Shown here piece by piece: positions 27,733 to 37,485 of a stretch of 64,000 nucleotides of DNA. The DNA comes from an uncultured Frigidibacter sp. (GTDB lineage Bacteria; Pseudomonadota; Alphaproteobacteria; Rhodobacterales; Rhodobacteraceae). Position 1 is the stretch's first letter, and every line of letters begins with the position of its first letter. The stretch is from positions 6,475 to 70,474 of the forward strand of contig CAZORV010000001.1 of assembly GCA_964582215.1 (NCBI GenBank), in the 5' to 3' direction. The translations under genes and the position numbers were made by a program. A model generated the notes under the pieces. The model had not been told where the DNA came from. It was given only the letters and a program-made list of their open reading frames with translations, and did not search any database.

Positions 27733-28236
27733 ATGTCGGACGCAGCCCAGACCGCCGAGGCGCCCCCGCCGAAAAAGTCGAAAAAGCCTTTGATCATTGG
27801 CTTTGTCATGATGCTGGCGATGGCCGGTGGCGGCTTCTATGCCGTCTATAGCGGCCTGATTCTCGGCCATGGCGGGCATGAGGAGGCGGCAGCAGAATCC
27901 GCAGAAGACACCGGCGGCGAGGCGGCGGCCCTGCCGGACATCGCCTTCGTGCCGATCCAGCCGCTGGTCGTGTCGCTGGGCGCCGACGCCGGCGGCCGTT
28001 TCCTGCATTTCGGGGCGCAGATCGAAGTTGAAAAGGCCCATGAGGCCGAGGTGACGCTGCTTTTACCGCGCATCCTTGATGTGCTGAACGGCTATCTCCG
28101 CGCTGTCGGCACGCATGAGCTTGAGGATCCCGACGCGCTGATGCGGCTCAGGTCGCAGATGCTTCGCCGGGTGCAGCTGGTGACCGGCGACGGGCGCGCG
28201 CGCGACCTGCTCGTGACCGAATTCGTGATCAACTAG
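27733..28236 (+). CDS. fliL: Flagellar basal body-associated protein FliL
   Basis: KKSKK plus TM segment, PLVVSL, PRILDVLNGYLR and DLLVTEFVIN. Confidence 0.93.
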   Translation: MSDAAQTAEAPPPKKSKKPLIIGFVMMLAMAGGGFYAVYSGLILGHGGHEEAAAESAEDTGGEAAALPDIAFVPIQPLVVSLGADAGGRFLHFGAQIEVEKAHEAEVTLLLPRILDVLNGYLRAVGTHELEDPDALMRLRSQMLRRVQLVTGDGRARDLLVTEFVIN

Positions 28237-28245
28237 GAGGGTGCC

Positions 28246-28617
28246 GTGACGATGATCGCCGATATTCTGCTGGGGGCCGGCGCGCTTGGGGCGGGACTGT
28301 TCTGCTATGTCCTGTCGCGGCGGCTCAGCGCCTTCGGAACGCTCGAGGGCGGGCTGGGCGGGGCGATCGCGGTTCTGTCGGCGCAGGTCGACGACATGAC
28401 GCGGGCGCTGGCGGCAGCGCGGACGGCGGCAGCCGATTCGTCGCGGTCGCTGACCGATCTGACCGACCGCGCCGACGATGCCGCCCGGCGGCTGGAACTG
28501 TTGCTTGCCGCCTTGCACGACCTGCCCGAGGCCCCGGCGGCCCCCCGGCCAAAGGCGCGCGTTGTCCGCCACCGCGACGTGCGGCCAAGGGATGATGAAC
28601 AGGTGGAGGCGGCATGA
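28246..28617 (+). CDS. Bitopic coiled-coil flagellar-cluster protein (possibly PflI-like)
   Basis: N-terminal TM segment, coiled coil, Pro-rich tail. AGGAGG RBS. Directly after fliL. Confidence 0.7.
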   Translation: MTMIADILLGAGALGAGLFCYVLSRRLSAFGTLEGGLGGAIAVLSAQVDDMTRALAAARTAAADSSRSLTDLTDRADDAARRLELLLAALHDLPEAPAAPRPKARVVRHRDVRPRDDEQVEAA

Positions 28618-29261
28618 TGGGCGCGTTGGCGGCAGGGAAACCGGGCAAGGCCGGTCGCGGACCAAGGCCGCGGCGGCGGGGGCTGTTCTATCTGGCGATG
28701 TTCCTTTGCCTTTCCGGCCTGATCCGGCTTGGCGATGGTGTCAGCCGCGCCATGGCCGAAACGGCGTCAGCGGCGGACCCCAGGCCCGAGCCATCGGCCG
28801 AGGGGGCGGCAGAGACGCCCGCGCTGGCCGAGGGCGGCAGTTGCACCCCGGACGCCGGTACTGCAGCGCTGCTTTCGTCGCTGAAAGAGCGCGAAGAACG
28901 GCTGGCCGCGCAAGAGGCAAAGGCCGCCGGTCAGGCCCGCGCGCTTGAGATCGCGCGCACCGAGATCGACAAGAAGATCGCCGCCCTTCAGACCGCCGAG
29001 GGCAAGCTGGCCGAAACCCTGGCCCTTGCCGACAAGGCCGCCGAAAAGGATGTCTCGAAACTGGTCGCCATGTACGAGGCGATGAAGCCCAAGGATGCCG
29101 CGCGGCTGTTCGGCGAGATGGACCCGGATTTTGCCGCGGGTTTTCTGGCCGAAATGCGCCCCGAGGCGGCTGCGACGGTCATGGCAGGCCTGGCACCGGA
29201 CAAGGCCTATGCGATCAGCGTCCTGATGGCGGGTCGCAATGCGGCGGCACCGAAATCCTGA
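28614..29261 (+). CDS. motE: MotE family periplasmic protein
   Basis: Coiled coil followed by LVAMYEAMKPKDAARLFGEM (MgtE_N-like repeat typical of MotE). Confidence 0.85.
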   Translation: MMGALAAGKPGKAGRGPRPRRRGLFYLAMFLCLSGLIRLGDGVSRAMAETASAADPRPEPSAEGAAETPALAEGGSCTPDAGTAALLSSLKEREERLAAQEAKAAGQARALEIARTEIDKKIAALQTAEGKLAETLALADKAAEKDVSKLVAMYEAMKPKDAARLFGEMDPDFAAGFLAEMRPEAAATVMAGLAPDKAYAISVLMAGRNAAAPKS

Positions 29262-29351
29262 TCCGACCGAAGGCCTGACAACGCAGACGGAAATTTAACC
29301 GGCTGCGGCCAATATCCCCCCGGACGCAACACCAACGGAGCACATCCCACC

Positions 29352-30221
29352 ATGGTCGCATTCATCGGCATCGTGATCATCTTCGTCATGGTGTTCGGCG
29401 GCTACATGCTGCACGGCGGCAAACTTGACATCGTGCTCGAGGCCGCGCCCTGGGAAATGATCATGATCGGCGGCGCGGCGGCGGGTGCCTTTGTCGTCGC
29501 CAACGACGGCGCCTCGGTCAAGAAGACGCTGAAGGACGTGGGCAAGGTCTTCAAGGGCGTCAAATGGAAGGCACCGGACTACCGCGACCTGCTGTGCCTG
29601 TTGTTCGAACTGATCCGGCTGGCCAAGTCCAATCCGGTCGGGCTTGAGGAACATATTGAAAACCCGCATGATTCCTCGATCTTCAACAAATATCCGAAGA
29701 TCGCCCATGACCATGACATCGTTGACCTGATCTGCGACACGCTGCGGGCCGCCTCGATGAACTATGACGACCCGCATCAGGTGGAAGAGGTTCTGGAAAA
29801 GCAGCTCGAGGCCAACCACCACCATGCAATGCATTCCAGCCACGCCCTGCAGTCGATCGCCGACGGCATGCCCGCGCTCGGGATCGTCGCCGCCGTTCTC
29901 GGCGTCATCAAGACCATGGGCTCGATCGACCAGCCGCCCGAGATCCTTGGCGGCATGATCGGTTCGGCGCTTGTCGGGACATTCATGGGGGTTTTCATGG
30001 CCTACGGGCTGGTCGGCCCCTTTGCGTCCAAGGTGAAATCCGTGGTCGAGGAAGACGGCCAGTTTGCGAAACTGGTGCGCGAAGTGCTGGTGGCCAACCT
30101 TCACCGCCATCCGCCGAACATCTGTATCGAGGTCGGGCGCCAGAACACGCCGCACCAGCACCGGCCCAGCTTTACGGCGCTCGAAGAGGCGTTGAAGACC
30201 GTCAAGGCCGATGCGGCATGA
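29352..30221 (+). CDS. motA: Flagellar stator protein MotA
   Basis: PALGIVAAVLGVIKTMGSI, ALVGTFMGVFMAYG and IEVGRQ motifs. A TTAACC CtrA half-site lies at 29295-29300. Confidence 0.96.
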   Translation: MVAFIGIVIIFVMVFGGYMLHGGKLDIVLEAAPWEMIMIGGAAAGAFVVANDGASVKKTLKDVGKVFKGVKWKAPDYRDLLCLLFELIRLAKSNPVGLEEHIENPHDSSIFNKYPKIAHDHDIVDLICDTLRAASMNYDDPHQVEEVLEKQLEANHHHAMHSSHALQSIADGMPALGIVAAVLGVIKTMGSIDQPPEILGGMIGSALVGTFMGVFMAYGLVGPFASKVKSVVEEDGQFAKLVREVLVANLHRHPPNICIEVGRQNTPHQHRPSFTALEEALKTVKADAA

Positions 30222-32650
30222 AGCGCCCTCGCGCGCTGATGCTGGCGGCGCTGGTCGCCCTGACGGCGGGCGGCGCTGTCGCACGGCCGGTGCGGGTCCG
30301 GGCTGGCGAACATGGTGATTTCACCCGGATCGTGGTCGATCTCGGCCCCGGTGTCGGCTGGCAACTGGGACGCAGCGGTGCGGATTATGTGCTGACGGTC
30401 GACGATCCGAAGGCAGAACCGGATCTGGCCCATGTCTTCGATCAGATCACCCGTGACCGGGTTCAGGGCCTGACGGTCGGGTCCGGGGGTCAGCTGATCC
30501 TTGACGTCGGCGACGACAGGCATGCGCAGGCCTTTGCGACGGCGGCCGGACAGACGGTGATCGACGTCTTTGACGGGCCCGCGCCCGCGGATTCGCCCTT
30601 TGAGAGGTCGCTCGTCCCGGCGAGGGTGCCCTCGCCGCCGCACGGGCCGCCCGAAGCCGCGCCGAAGGCCGCCGTCGGCGCCACGCTCAGCTTCAACGCC
30701 GAAGGCAACCGCGCCGCCAGCCTGCCGATCTACTGGCGCGAGGTTTTGCCCCGGGGCGAACCTGCGGCAACAGGCACGCACGCAGGCGCGGAAAGCGCCG
30801 CCCCGACGGCACCCGATCAGCCGGTGCCCCCCCTCGACGAGGCGGCCCCGGCGACGGCAGCCACTGTCGTCCTGCCGCTCGACACCGGCCCCGCGCCGGT
30901 CGCGCAGCCCTTGCTGCCGCCCTTGCCTGATCCCGGCATACTGGCCGTCGAGGACGAGCTGACCCGGCAGGTCGCGCGCGCCGCCTCGCAGGGGCTGGCC
31001 GAGGTCGCGGCCGAGCTTCCCGGCGCCCCCGCCGGCCTGCCCGGAACAGCCGCCCCCCCCGCCGCTGTCGCCGCCGCTTCCCCCGAGGCTGATGCAGACG
31101 CCGCCGAGGTCGCCTTTCACGCCGAGACGTCGATGGACCGCGATGGCCGCGAAAATCCGGTCATGCGCCACATGACCGGCGATGGCGAGGACTGCCCGCC
31201 CAGGGCCGACTTCGACCTGATGCATTGGGGCGACGACCGGCCGCCGATGGTCCAGCTGACCGAGGCACGCGGACGGCTGACCGGGGAATTCGACCGTCCC
31301 GACCTGCCTGCGGTCGAACGGCTGGCAAGGCTTTATCTTTACTTCGGCATGGGCGCCGAGGCCCGGCAGGTGCTGGCCTCGTTCAACGTCCCGGACGGCG
31401 ATCTGGCGGCCGAGCGGGCGATGGGCCTGATCCTTGACGACCGGCCGGTCCCGAAGAACGACCCGCTGGCAGGCTTCGCGGGCTGCGACACCGAAGCGGC
31501 ACTCTGGGCCTTTCTCGCCACCGACGGACCGGCGGGCGACGCGCCCAATGTCGCGACCATCCTGCGCACCTTCGCGGGCCTTCCGCCGCACCTGCGCGGA
31601 CAGATCGGTCCGCGCCTGTCCGACCGGCTGATCGGCGCCAACGAGGTTGATGCCGCCAGGATCGTGCGCGATGCGACGGCGCGCGGCAATCCCGCCGAAG
31701 ATCGCACCATCGCGATGATGGATGCCGGGATCGCGATGGGACGTGGCCAGACGGACAAGGCGCAGGCGGCGCTTGACGGCCTGGCCGAGGGGACCGACCC
31801 GATTTCATCCGAGGCGCTGGTCCGGACCATCCGGTCGCGGCTGGCCGCCGGACAGCCTGTACCCGCCGGGCTTGCCGACGCGATGACGGCGCTCGCGTTC
31901 GAGCATCGGTTGTCCGACGACGCGAACGAGTTGATCCGGCTGGAAATTCTGGCCCGCGCCGCCTCGGGCGATCTTTCCACAGCCTTTGCCCGGTTTCACG
32001 ACTGGTCGGCGGCGGCCGGCGACAGTGCGGTCACCGACACGGCGCGGTCGTTGTTCGGCGATCTCGTGCAGGCCGACAGCGACGAGGCGTTCGTCGGCAA
32101 TTTCTTTGCCCAACGTCCGCTTCTGGCACGAATCGGCCCCGACACCGACCTGCGGCTGGCGCTGGCCGAGCGGATGGCGGGCCTGGGCTTCACGACCGAG
32201 GTGCAGGATCTGCTGACCGGCCCGCCCGGCGAGACCGAACGCGGGCGCACGGCACTGGCCGGGGCCGCGCTGTCGGCCTTTGACGCGGCCGGGGCCCTGC
32301 GCCTGACCGAAGGCGTCGCAACGCCCGGGGCGCAGCGGATCCGCGCCCGCGCGCTGGCGCTGCAGGGCGACCATGCCGGGGCGGCCAAGGTTCTTGCCGC
32401 TCTGGGCGACACAGAGGCGGCCGCGAACGAGGCCTGGCGGGGGGGCGACCTTGCCGGCGCAGCGGCCTCGGACGCGCTGGCCGGAACGATCGACCAGCTC
32501 GGGCTTGGCGCGGCGCCGAAAGACCCGGGTGAGACGCCCGGACCCTCGCTGGCCGGAAGTCGCGCCCTCCTGGCCGGGTCGGGGCAGTTCCGCGCGGCTT
32601 TGGCCGGGCTTCTGGCCGATCCGTCCGCGGAACCCGCCCCGGGCAACTGA
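30218..32650 (+). CDS. Large periplasmic flagellar accessory protein (probable MotK-type stator-associated scaffold)
   Basis: Signal peptide, N-terminal VRAGEHGDFTRIVVD beta domain (AMIN-like), Pro/Ala linker, helical TPR-like C-terminal region. ATGA overlap with motA. The MotK label is inferred from context only. Confidence 0.7.
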   Translation: MKRPRALMLAALVALTAGGAVARPVRVRAGEHGDFTRIVVDLGPGVGWQLGRSGADYVLTVDDPKAEPDLAHVFDQITRDRVQGLTVGSGGQLILDVGDDRHAQAFATAAGQTVIDVFDGPAPADSPFERSLVPARVPSPPHGPPEAAPKAAVGATLSFNAEGNRAASLPIYWREVLPRGEPAATGTHAGAESAAPTAPDQPVPPLDEAAPATAATVVLPLDTGPAPVAQPLLPPLPDPGILAVEDELTRQVARAASQGLAEVAAELPGAPAGLPGTAAPPAAVAAASPEADADAAEVAFHAETSMDRDGRENPVMRHMTGDGEDCPPRADFDLMHWGDDRPPMVQLTEARGRLTGEFDRPDLPAVERLARLYLYFGMGAEARQVLASFNVPDGDLAAERAMGLILDDRPVPKNDPLAGFAGCDTEAALWAFLATDGPAGDAPNVATILRTFAGLPPHLRGQIGPRLSDRLIGANEVDAARIVRDATARGNPAEDRTIAMMDAGIAMGRGQTDKAQAALDGLAEGTDPISSEALVRTIRSRLAAGQPVPAGLADAMTALAFEHRLSDDANELIRLEILARAASGDLSTAFARFHDWSAAAGDSAVTDTARSLFGDLVQADSDEAFVGNFFAQRPLLARIGPDTDLRLALAERMAGLGFTTEVQDLLTGPPGETERGRTALAGAALSAFDAAGALRLTEGVATPGAQRIRARALALQGDHAGAAKVLAALGDTEAAANEAWRGGDLAGAAASDALAGTIDQLGLGAAPKDPGETPGPSLAGSRALLAGSGQFRAALAGLLADPSAEPAPGN

Positions 32651-32719
32651 ACCCGCTTACCAAATCTAAACCTGCCGCTCTTAGGGTCGGTCACAGCAAG
32701 AATTGCGGGAGGGGTCGGA

Positions 32720-33547
32720 ATGGCCTTTGAACTGAAGGCGAGCCTCTGGCTGGCCGCTGCCCTGACGGCGGTGACCTGCGCCGGTGGCGCCTTGGCCGCG
32801 ACCGGCCCCGCCGATATGGCCGCTGACCCCGCAGCGATGCCACTGCCCGATGCCACCGGCGACCCCGCCGCCATCTGCGAATTCGCCGCGCAAGAGGCTT
32901 CGCGACTGGAGGGCGTGCCCCTGTCGGTGCTGACCGCCATCTCGCTGAACGAGACCGGCCGCAAACGCGGCGCCGCCTTTCGCCCCTGGCCCTGGACGGT
33001 GAATATGGAAGGCGCCGGTCACTGGTTCGACAGCCGCGACGAGGCGCTGGCCTATGCGCAAAAGGAATATGCGCGCGGCGCCCGCAGCTTTGATGTCGGC
33101 TGCTTTCAGATCAATTACAAATGGCACGGCGAACATTTCACCTCGATCGAACAGATGTTCGACCCGCTGGTCAACGCCCGCTATGCCGCGCAATTTCTGC
33201 GCGACCTTTACGCCGAACAGGGCACGTGGGAGGGGGCAGCGGGCGCCTATCACTCGCGCAACCCCGAGTTTGCCCAAGGCTATGCGGCGCGGTTCAGCCG
33301 GTTCCGCAAGGGGCTTCTGGACGAGGGCGGCGGCGAGATTCCGGTGATCCCGGACATCGTGCTGGCGGCCTATGGCGGGCAAGGCCCGGTCATGCCCAGG
33401 GTCAACAACTATCCGCTGCTGCAGTCCGGCGGCGGGGCGACGCTCGGCTCGCTGGTCCCGGTCGGCAATGGCGCCGGGATCATGCTGATCGGACCGGCCG
33501 TCCCGGCCGCCGGACCGACGGCAGAGCCGCCGGTGGCCATCGAATGA
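32720..33547 (+). CDS. Flagellar lytic transglycosylase (SLT domain)
   Basis: AISLNETG (catalytic Glu), WPWTVN, SFDVGCFQINY.WH and AAGAYHS motifs. Confidence 0.9.
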   Translation: MAFELKASLWLAAALTAVTCAGGALAATGPADMAADPAAMPLPDATGDPAAICEFAAQEASRLEGVPLSVLTAISLNETGRKRGAAFRPWPWTVNMEGAGHWFDSRDEALAYAQKEYARGARSFDVGCFQINYKWHGEHFTSIEQMFDPLVNARYAAQFLRDLYAEQGTWEGAAGAYHSRNPEFAQGYAARFSRFRKGLLDEGGGEIPVIPDIVLAAYGGQGPVMPRVNNYPLLQSGGGATLGSLVPVGNGAGIMLIGPAVPAAGPTAEPPVAIE

Positions 33548-35631
33548 CCCTGACGCGCGCCGGTCTTTTCCACCCGACCGTGCTTCTGGCGCTGGCGATG
33601 ATGGCGATCATCGCGATGATGATCCTGCCGATGCCGTCCTGGGTGCTGGACATCGGGCTTGCGACCTCGTTCGCGATGGCGATCCTGATCTTTACCCTGA
33701 CGCTCTTCATCGAACGGCCGCTGGATTTCTCGGCCTTTCCGACCATCCTTCTGGCCTCGCTGATGCTGCGGCTGGCGCTGAACGTCTCGTCCACCAAGCT
33801 GATCATCGGCCAGGGCCATACCGGGACGGCGGCGGCGGGCGAGGTGATCGAGGGCTTTGCCATGTTCATCATGTCGGGGTCGATCCTGATCGGGCTGGTG
33901 GTGTTCGGGGTCCTGATGATCGTGAATTTCATCGTCATCACCAAGGGCGCGGGCCGCATGGCCGAGGTCGGCGCGCGGTTCGCGCTGGACGGGATGCCGG
34001 GGCGGCAGCTGGCCATCGACGCCGACATGAACGCGGGCGCCATCGACCATGCCGAGGCCAAGGCCCGGCGCGAACGCGAACAGGCCGAGACGACGTTTTT
34101 CGGGTCGCTCGACGGGGCGTCGAAGTTCGTCAAGGGCGACGCGGTCGCGGGCCTGATGATCACCATGCTGAACCTGATCGTCGGGCTGGCAATCGGCGTC
34201 GGCGTCCATCACATGCCGGTCGACCGCGCGCTTGAGACCTATGCGATCCTGACGGTCGGCGACGGGCTGGTCACGCAAATTCCGGCGGTCATCATTTCGA
34301 TCGCCTCGGCGCTGCTGCTGTCGCGGGGCGGGACCAGCGGCGCGGCCGACAAGGACATCCTGCGCCAGCTTGGCCGCCATCCGCGCGCCCTCGGCACGGT
34401 CGCGCTGCTGATGGGCCTGTTCGCGCTGGTCCCGGGCCTGCCGTTCGCGCCCTTCATGGCCGGCTCGGTGATCCTTGGCACCATCGCCTGGCGCCGCCAG
34501 ACGACCGAGACGGCGCGCGAGGCGGCGGCCCTGCCGGGCGCCGCTGCCGCCCTGCCCGAACCGCCGCGCCGCAAGTCGATGGGCGACCTGCTGGACCTGG
34601 ACGATATCCATGTCGAATTCAGCCCGAACCTTGTGGCGATGGTCCTTGACCCGGCGACCGGCCTCGACGCCCGCATCGCCAACATGCGCAGCCATGTCGC
34701 CATGACCTATGGCCTGATCCTGCCCGAGATTCGCCTGACCGACGATTCGACGCTGGAACCGGGCATGTACCGGATCAGGATTCAGGGCGTCGAACAGGCG
34801 CGCGACCGGATCCATCCCGAACAGGTGATGGCGCTTCTGTCCGGCGATGATGCGGGGATTCCGCCCGGCGGCGACGTCCGCGAACCGGTTTACGGGGCGC
34901 CCGCGCGCTGGATCCCCGCCGACCGCCAGGAAGAGGCGATCCTGTCGGGCCTGACGGTTGTGGGCCCGACCGAGGTGCTGGCAACCCATCTGCTGGAGGT
35001 GGTCAAGCGCAACTTCGCCCGGCTTCTGACGCTGAAAGGTCTGCGGCGGCTGCTGGAAGAATGCACCAGCCTCTCTGATCCGGTCCGGGCCGAGGGCAAC
35101 AAGCGGCTGTTCGACGAGCTGATCCCCGACAAGGTGCCGGTCGATCTGTTGCTGGCGGTCCTCCGCCTGCTGCTCGAGGAGCGGATTTCCATCCGCAACC
35201 TGCCACTGATCCTGGAATCGATCGCCGAGGCGCGGAACCTGCCCGGGCCGGAACTGGTCTGCGAACATGTCCGCCGGCGGCTGGGCTTTCAGCTGGTCGC
35301 CGAACTCAGGCGCGGCGACGGCACGCTGCCGCTGCTGCAACTGGCCCCGGAATGGGAGGAAACCTTCCGTACCCATCAGATCGAGGGCGAGCGCGGGGCG
35401 CTGGACGTGGCCCTGCCGCCGGAAAAGTTCAACCGGCTGGCGGCCAATGTCGCGGAAAAGGTGGCGCGGGCGGGGGAAAAGGGCGTCTTCCCGGCGCTGA
35501 TCACCTCGGGCCGTCGCCGCCGCTTCCTGAAAACCGCGCTGGGCGCCAAGGGTCTGACCACGCCGGTCCTGTCCTATGAGGAGGTCGGCGCCGAGGCCAG
35601 ACCGGCGATTGTCGGGCTGGTGACGCTGTGA
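33544..35631 (+). CDS. flhA: Flagellar export apparatus protein FlhA
   Basis: RMAEVGARFALDGMPGRQLAIDAD, FFGSLDGASKFVKGDA and GDGLVTQIP motifs. ATG at 33544 overlaps the upstream stop. Confidence 0.97.
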   Translation: MTLTRAGLFHPTVLLALAMMAIIAMMILPMPSWVLDIGLATSFAMAILIFTLTLFIERPLDFSAFPTILLASLMLRLALNVSSTKLIIGQGHTGTAAAGEVIEGFAMFIMSGSILIGLVVFGVLMIVNFIVITKGAGRMAEVGARFALDGMPGRQLAIDADMNAGAIDHAEAKARREREQAETTFFGSLDGASKFVKGDAVAGLMITMLNLIVGLAIGVGVHHMPVDRALETYAILTVGDGLVTQIPAVIISIASALLLSRGGTSGAADKDILRQLGRHPRALGTVALLMGLFALVPGLPFAPFMAGSVILGTIAWRRQTTETAREAAALPGAAAALPEPPRRKSMGDLLDLDDIHVEFSPNLVAMVLDPATGLDARIANMRSHVAMTYGLILPEIRLTDDSTLEPGMYRIRIQGVEQARDRIHPEQVMALLSGDDAGIPPGGDVREPVYGAPARWIPADRQEEAILSGLTVVGPTEVLATHLLEVVKRNFARLLTLKGLRRLLEECTSLSDPVRAEGNKRLFDELIPDKVPVDLLLAVLRLLLEERISIRNLPLILESIAEARNLPGPELVCEHVRRRLGFQLVAELRRGDGTLPLLQLAPEWEETFRTHQIEGERGALDVALPPEKFNRLAANVAEKVARAGEKGVFPALITSGRRRRFLKTALGAKGLTTPVLSYEEVGAEARPAIVGLVTL

Positions 35632-36404
35632 ACGAACTTTTGCTTTCGGCGTTCGAGATGGCCCGCGGTCCGCTGATCGGCGCGGGCCTGGTGTTTCTGC
35701 GGATCGGCGCCGTCATGGCGCTGATGCCCGCGTTCGGCGAACAGATCGTGCCGCCGCGCATACGTCTGGCGCTGGCACTGGCCTTTACCGCCATCGTGGC
35801 ACCAGCCGTTGCGACCAGGATCGCCGCCCCGGCTGGCGGGATCGCGGGCTATGCCGTCTGGCTTTGTGCCGAGACGCTGAACGGCCTCGCGCTGGGGTTT
35901 GTGCTGCGGCTCGGCGTCATGGCGGTCGAGATTGCCGGGGGGCTCGCGGCCCAGTCGGGGTCGCTGTCGCAGATGCTGGGCACGGCGGGCGAGCCGATGC
36001 CCGCGATGTCGCATCTTCTGACGATGGCGGTGCTGTGCCTCGGGGCTCTGTCGGGACTGCATGTCCAGCTGGCCCGCGCGCTGATCCTGTCATACGACGC
36101 CCTGCCGCCGGGGGCCATTCCGGGCGCCGGGCTGGTCCGTGACTGGGCGCTTGGCCATGTGTTGCAGGCCTTTGCGCTGGCCTTCCGGCTGGCGGCGCCC
36201 TTTGTCATCGCCGCCCTGCTTTACAACGTGGCACTTGGGGTGATGAACCGCGCGATGCCCGCGCTGATGGTGTCGTTCATCGGGGCGCCGGCGCTGACTG
36301 CCGGGGCGCTGATCCTGCTGGCGATCACCGCGCCGCTGATGCTGGGCGTCTGGCAGGCGACCTTCGCCCCGCTGATCGCCGACCCGTTCACGGTGCCGAG
36401 ATGA
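35628..36404 (+). CDS. fliR: Flagellar export gate protein FliR
   Basis: VFLRIGAVMALMPAFGE..VPPRIR and LGVMNRAMPAL. Position between flhA and flhB. Confidence 0.92.
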   Translation: MNELLLSAFEMARGPLIGAGLVFLRIGAVMALMPAFGEQIVPPRIRLALALAFTAIVAPAVATRIAAPAGGIAGYAVWLCAETLNGLALGFVLRLGVMAVEIAGGLAAQSGSLSQMLGTAGEPMPAMSHLLTMAVLCLGALSGLHVQLARALILSYDALPPGAIPGAGLVRDWALGHVLQAFALAFRLAAPFVIAALLYNVALGVMNRAMPALMVSFIGAPALTAGALILLAITAPLMLGVWQATFAPLIADPFTVPR

Positions 36405-37483
36405 GCGAGGACGACGAAGGCCGCGACCACGAACCATCCCAGAAAAAACTCGACGATGCCCGTGCCCGCGGCGACATTCCGCGCTCGCCCGACCTGACGA
36501 TGGCCGCGGGGTTTGTGGGCCTTCTGGGCGCGGTGATGGCCCTGGGTCAGGGCCGCCTTTTGACCTTCGGCAACCGGGCCGAGGCGTTTTTGGGCCAGAT
36601 CGGCCGGCCGGGGGGCGGGCAGGTTCTGACCGACCGTTCGGCGCTGGGGGGCTGGATCGGGCAGTTGGTCCTGCCGTTTATGCCCTTTCTGCTGCTGCCC
36701 GGCCTTGCGGCGCTGACAGTCCTGCTGGCCCAGCGCGGGCTGGTCTTTTCCGGGGAAAAGCTGGCCCCGAAGCTTGGCCGGATCGACCCGTTTGCCAGTG
36801 CAAAGCAGAAATTCGGCCGCACCGGCCTGTTCGAGTTTGCCAAAAGCACGGTGAAACTTCTGGCGATCGGGCTGCTGCTCGGCTGGTTCCTGACCAGCCG
36901 CCTGCCGCGCGTCCTTCTGACGTTGCAGGGGGACGGGCTGACGGCGGTGGCCGAACTGGGCGCGATACTGGTCGAGTTTCTGATCCTGGGGACGCTGGTC
37001 GCCCTGATCGTCGGGATGGCGGACTTCGGCTGGCAACAGTTCGAGTTTCGCCGCCGCAACCGCATGACCCGGCAAGAGATGATGGACGAGTACCGCCAGT
37101 CCGAGGGCGACCCCCATATGAAGGGCCAGCGCCGCCAGCGGGCGCAGGCGATCGCCATGAACCGCATGCTGGCCGATGTGCCCAGGGCCGATGTCGTCGT
37201 CGTCAACCCGACCCACTACGCCGTGGCGCTGAAATGGAACCGCCGCGACGGCCGGGCGCCGGTCTGTCTGGCCAAGGGCACCGACGAGATCGCCGCCCGC
37301 ATCCGCGAGGCGGCGGCGACGGCCGGCGTGCCGATCCACTCTGACCCGCCGACCGCGCGGGCGCTTTATGCGACGATCGAGGTCGGCCGCGAGATCAGGC
37401 CCGAACATTACGCACCGGTGGCGGCGGCCGTCCGTTATGCGGAACGGATGCGCAAGCGGGCCCGCGAAAGACGGGGGGTCTGA
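36401..37483 (+). CDS. flhB: Flagellar export switch protein FlhB
   Basis: EPSQKKLDDARARG, EGDPHMK, autocleavage site NPTH, AKGTD and ARALY. Confidence 0.96.
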   Translation: MSEDDEGRDHEPSQKKLDDARARGDIPRSPDLTMAAGFVGLLGAVMALGQGRLLTFGNRAEAFLGQIGRPGGGQVLTDRSALGGWIGQLVLPFMPFLLLPGLAALTVLLAQRGLVFSGEKLAPKLGRIDPFASAKQKFGRTGLFEFAKSTVKLLAIGLLLGWFLTSRLPRVLLTLQGDGLTAVAELGAILVEFLILGTLVALIVGMADFGWQQFEFRRRNRMTRQEMMDEYRQSEGDPHMKGQRRQRAQAIAMNRMLADVPRADVVVVNPTHYAVALKWNRRDGRAPVCLAKGTDEIAARIREAAATAGVPIHSDPPTARALYATIEVGREIRPEHYAPVAAAVRYAERMRKRARERRGV

Positions 37484-37485
37484 GG

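Noticed and set aside
32656..32672. CtrA site upstream of the lytic transglycosylase-flhA operon
   Set aside because: CTTACCAAATCTAAACC is AT-rich and plausible by context, but it has too many mismatches to TTAA-N7-TTAA to support.
24417..37483. Non-flagellar type III secretion system
   Set aside because: motA, motE, fliL and a full-length fliF identify it as flagellar. No secretin or needle genes.
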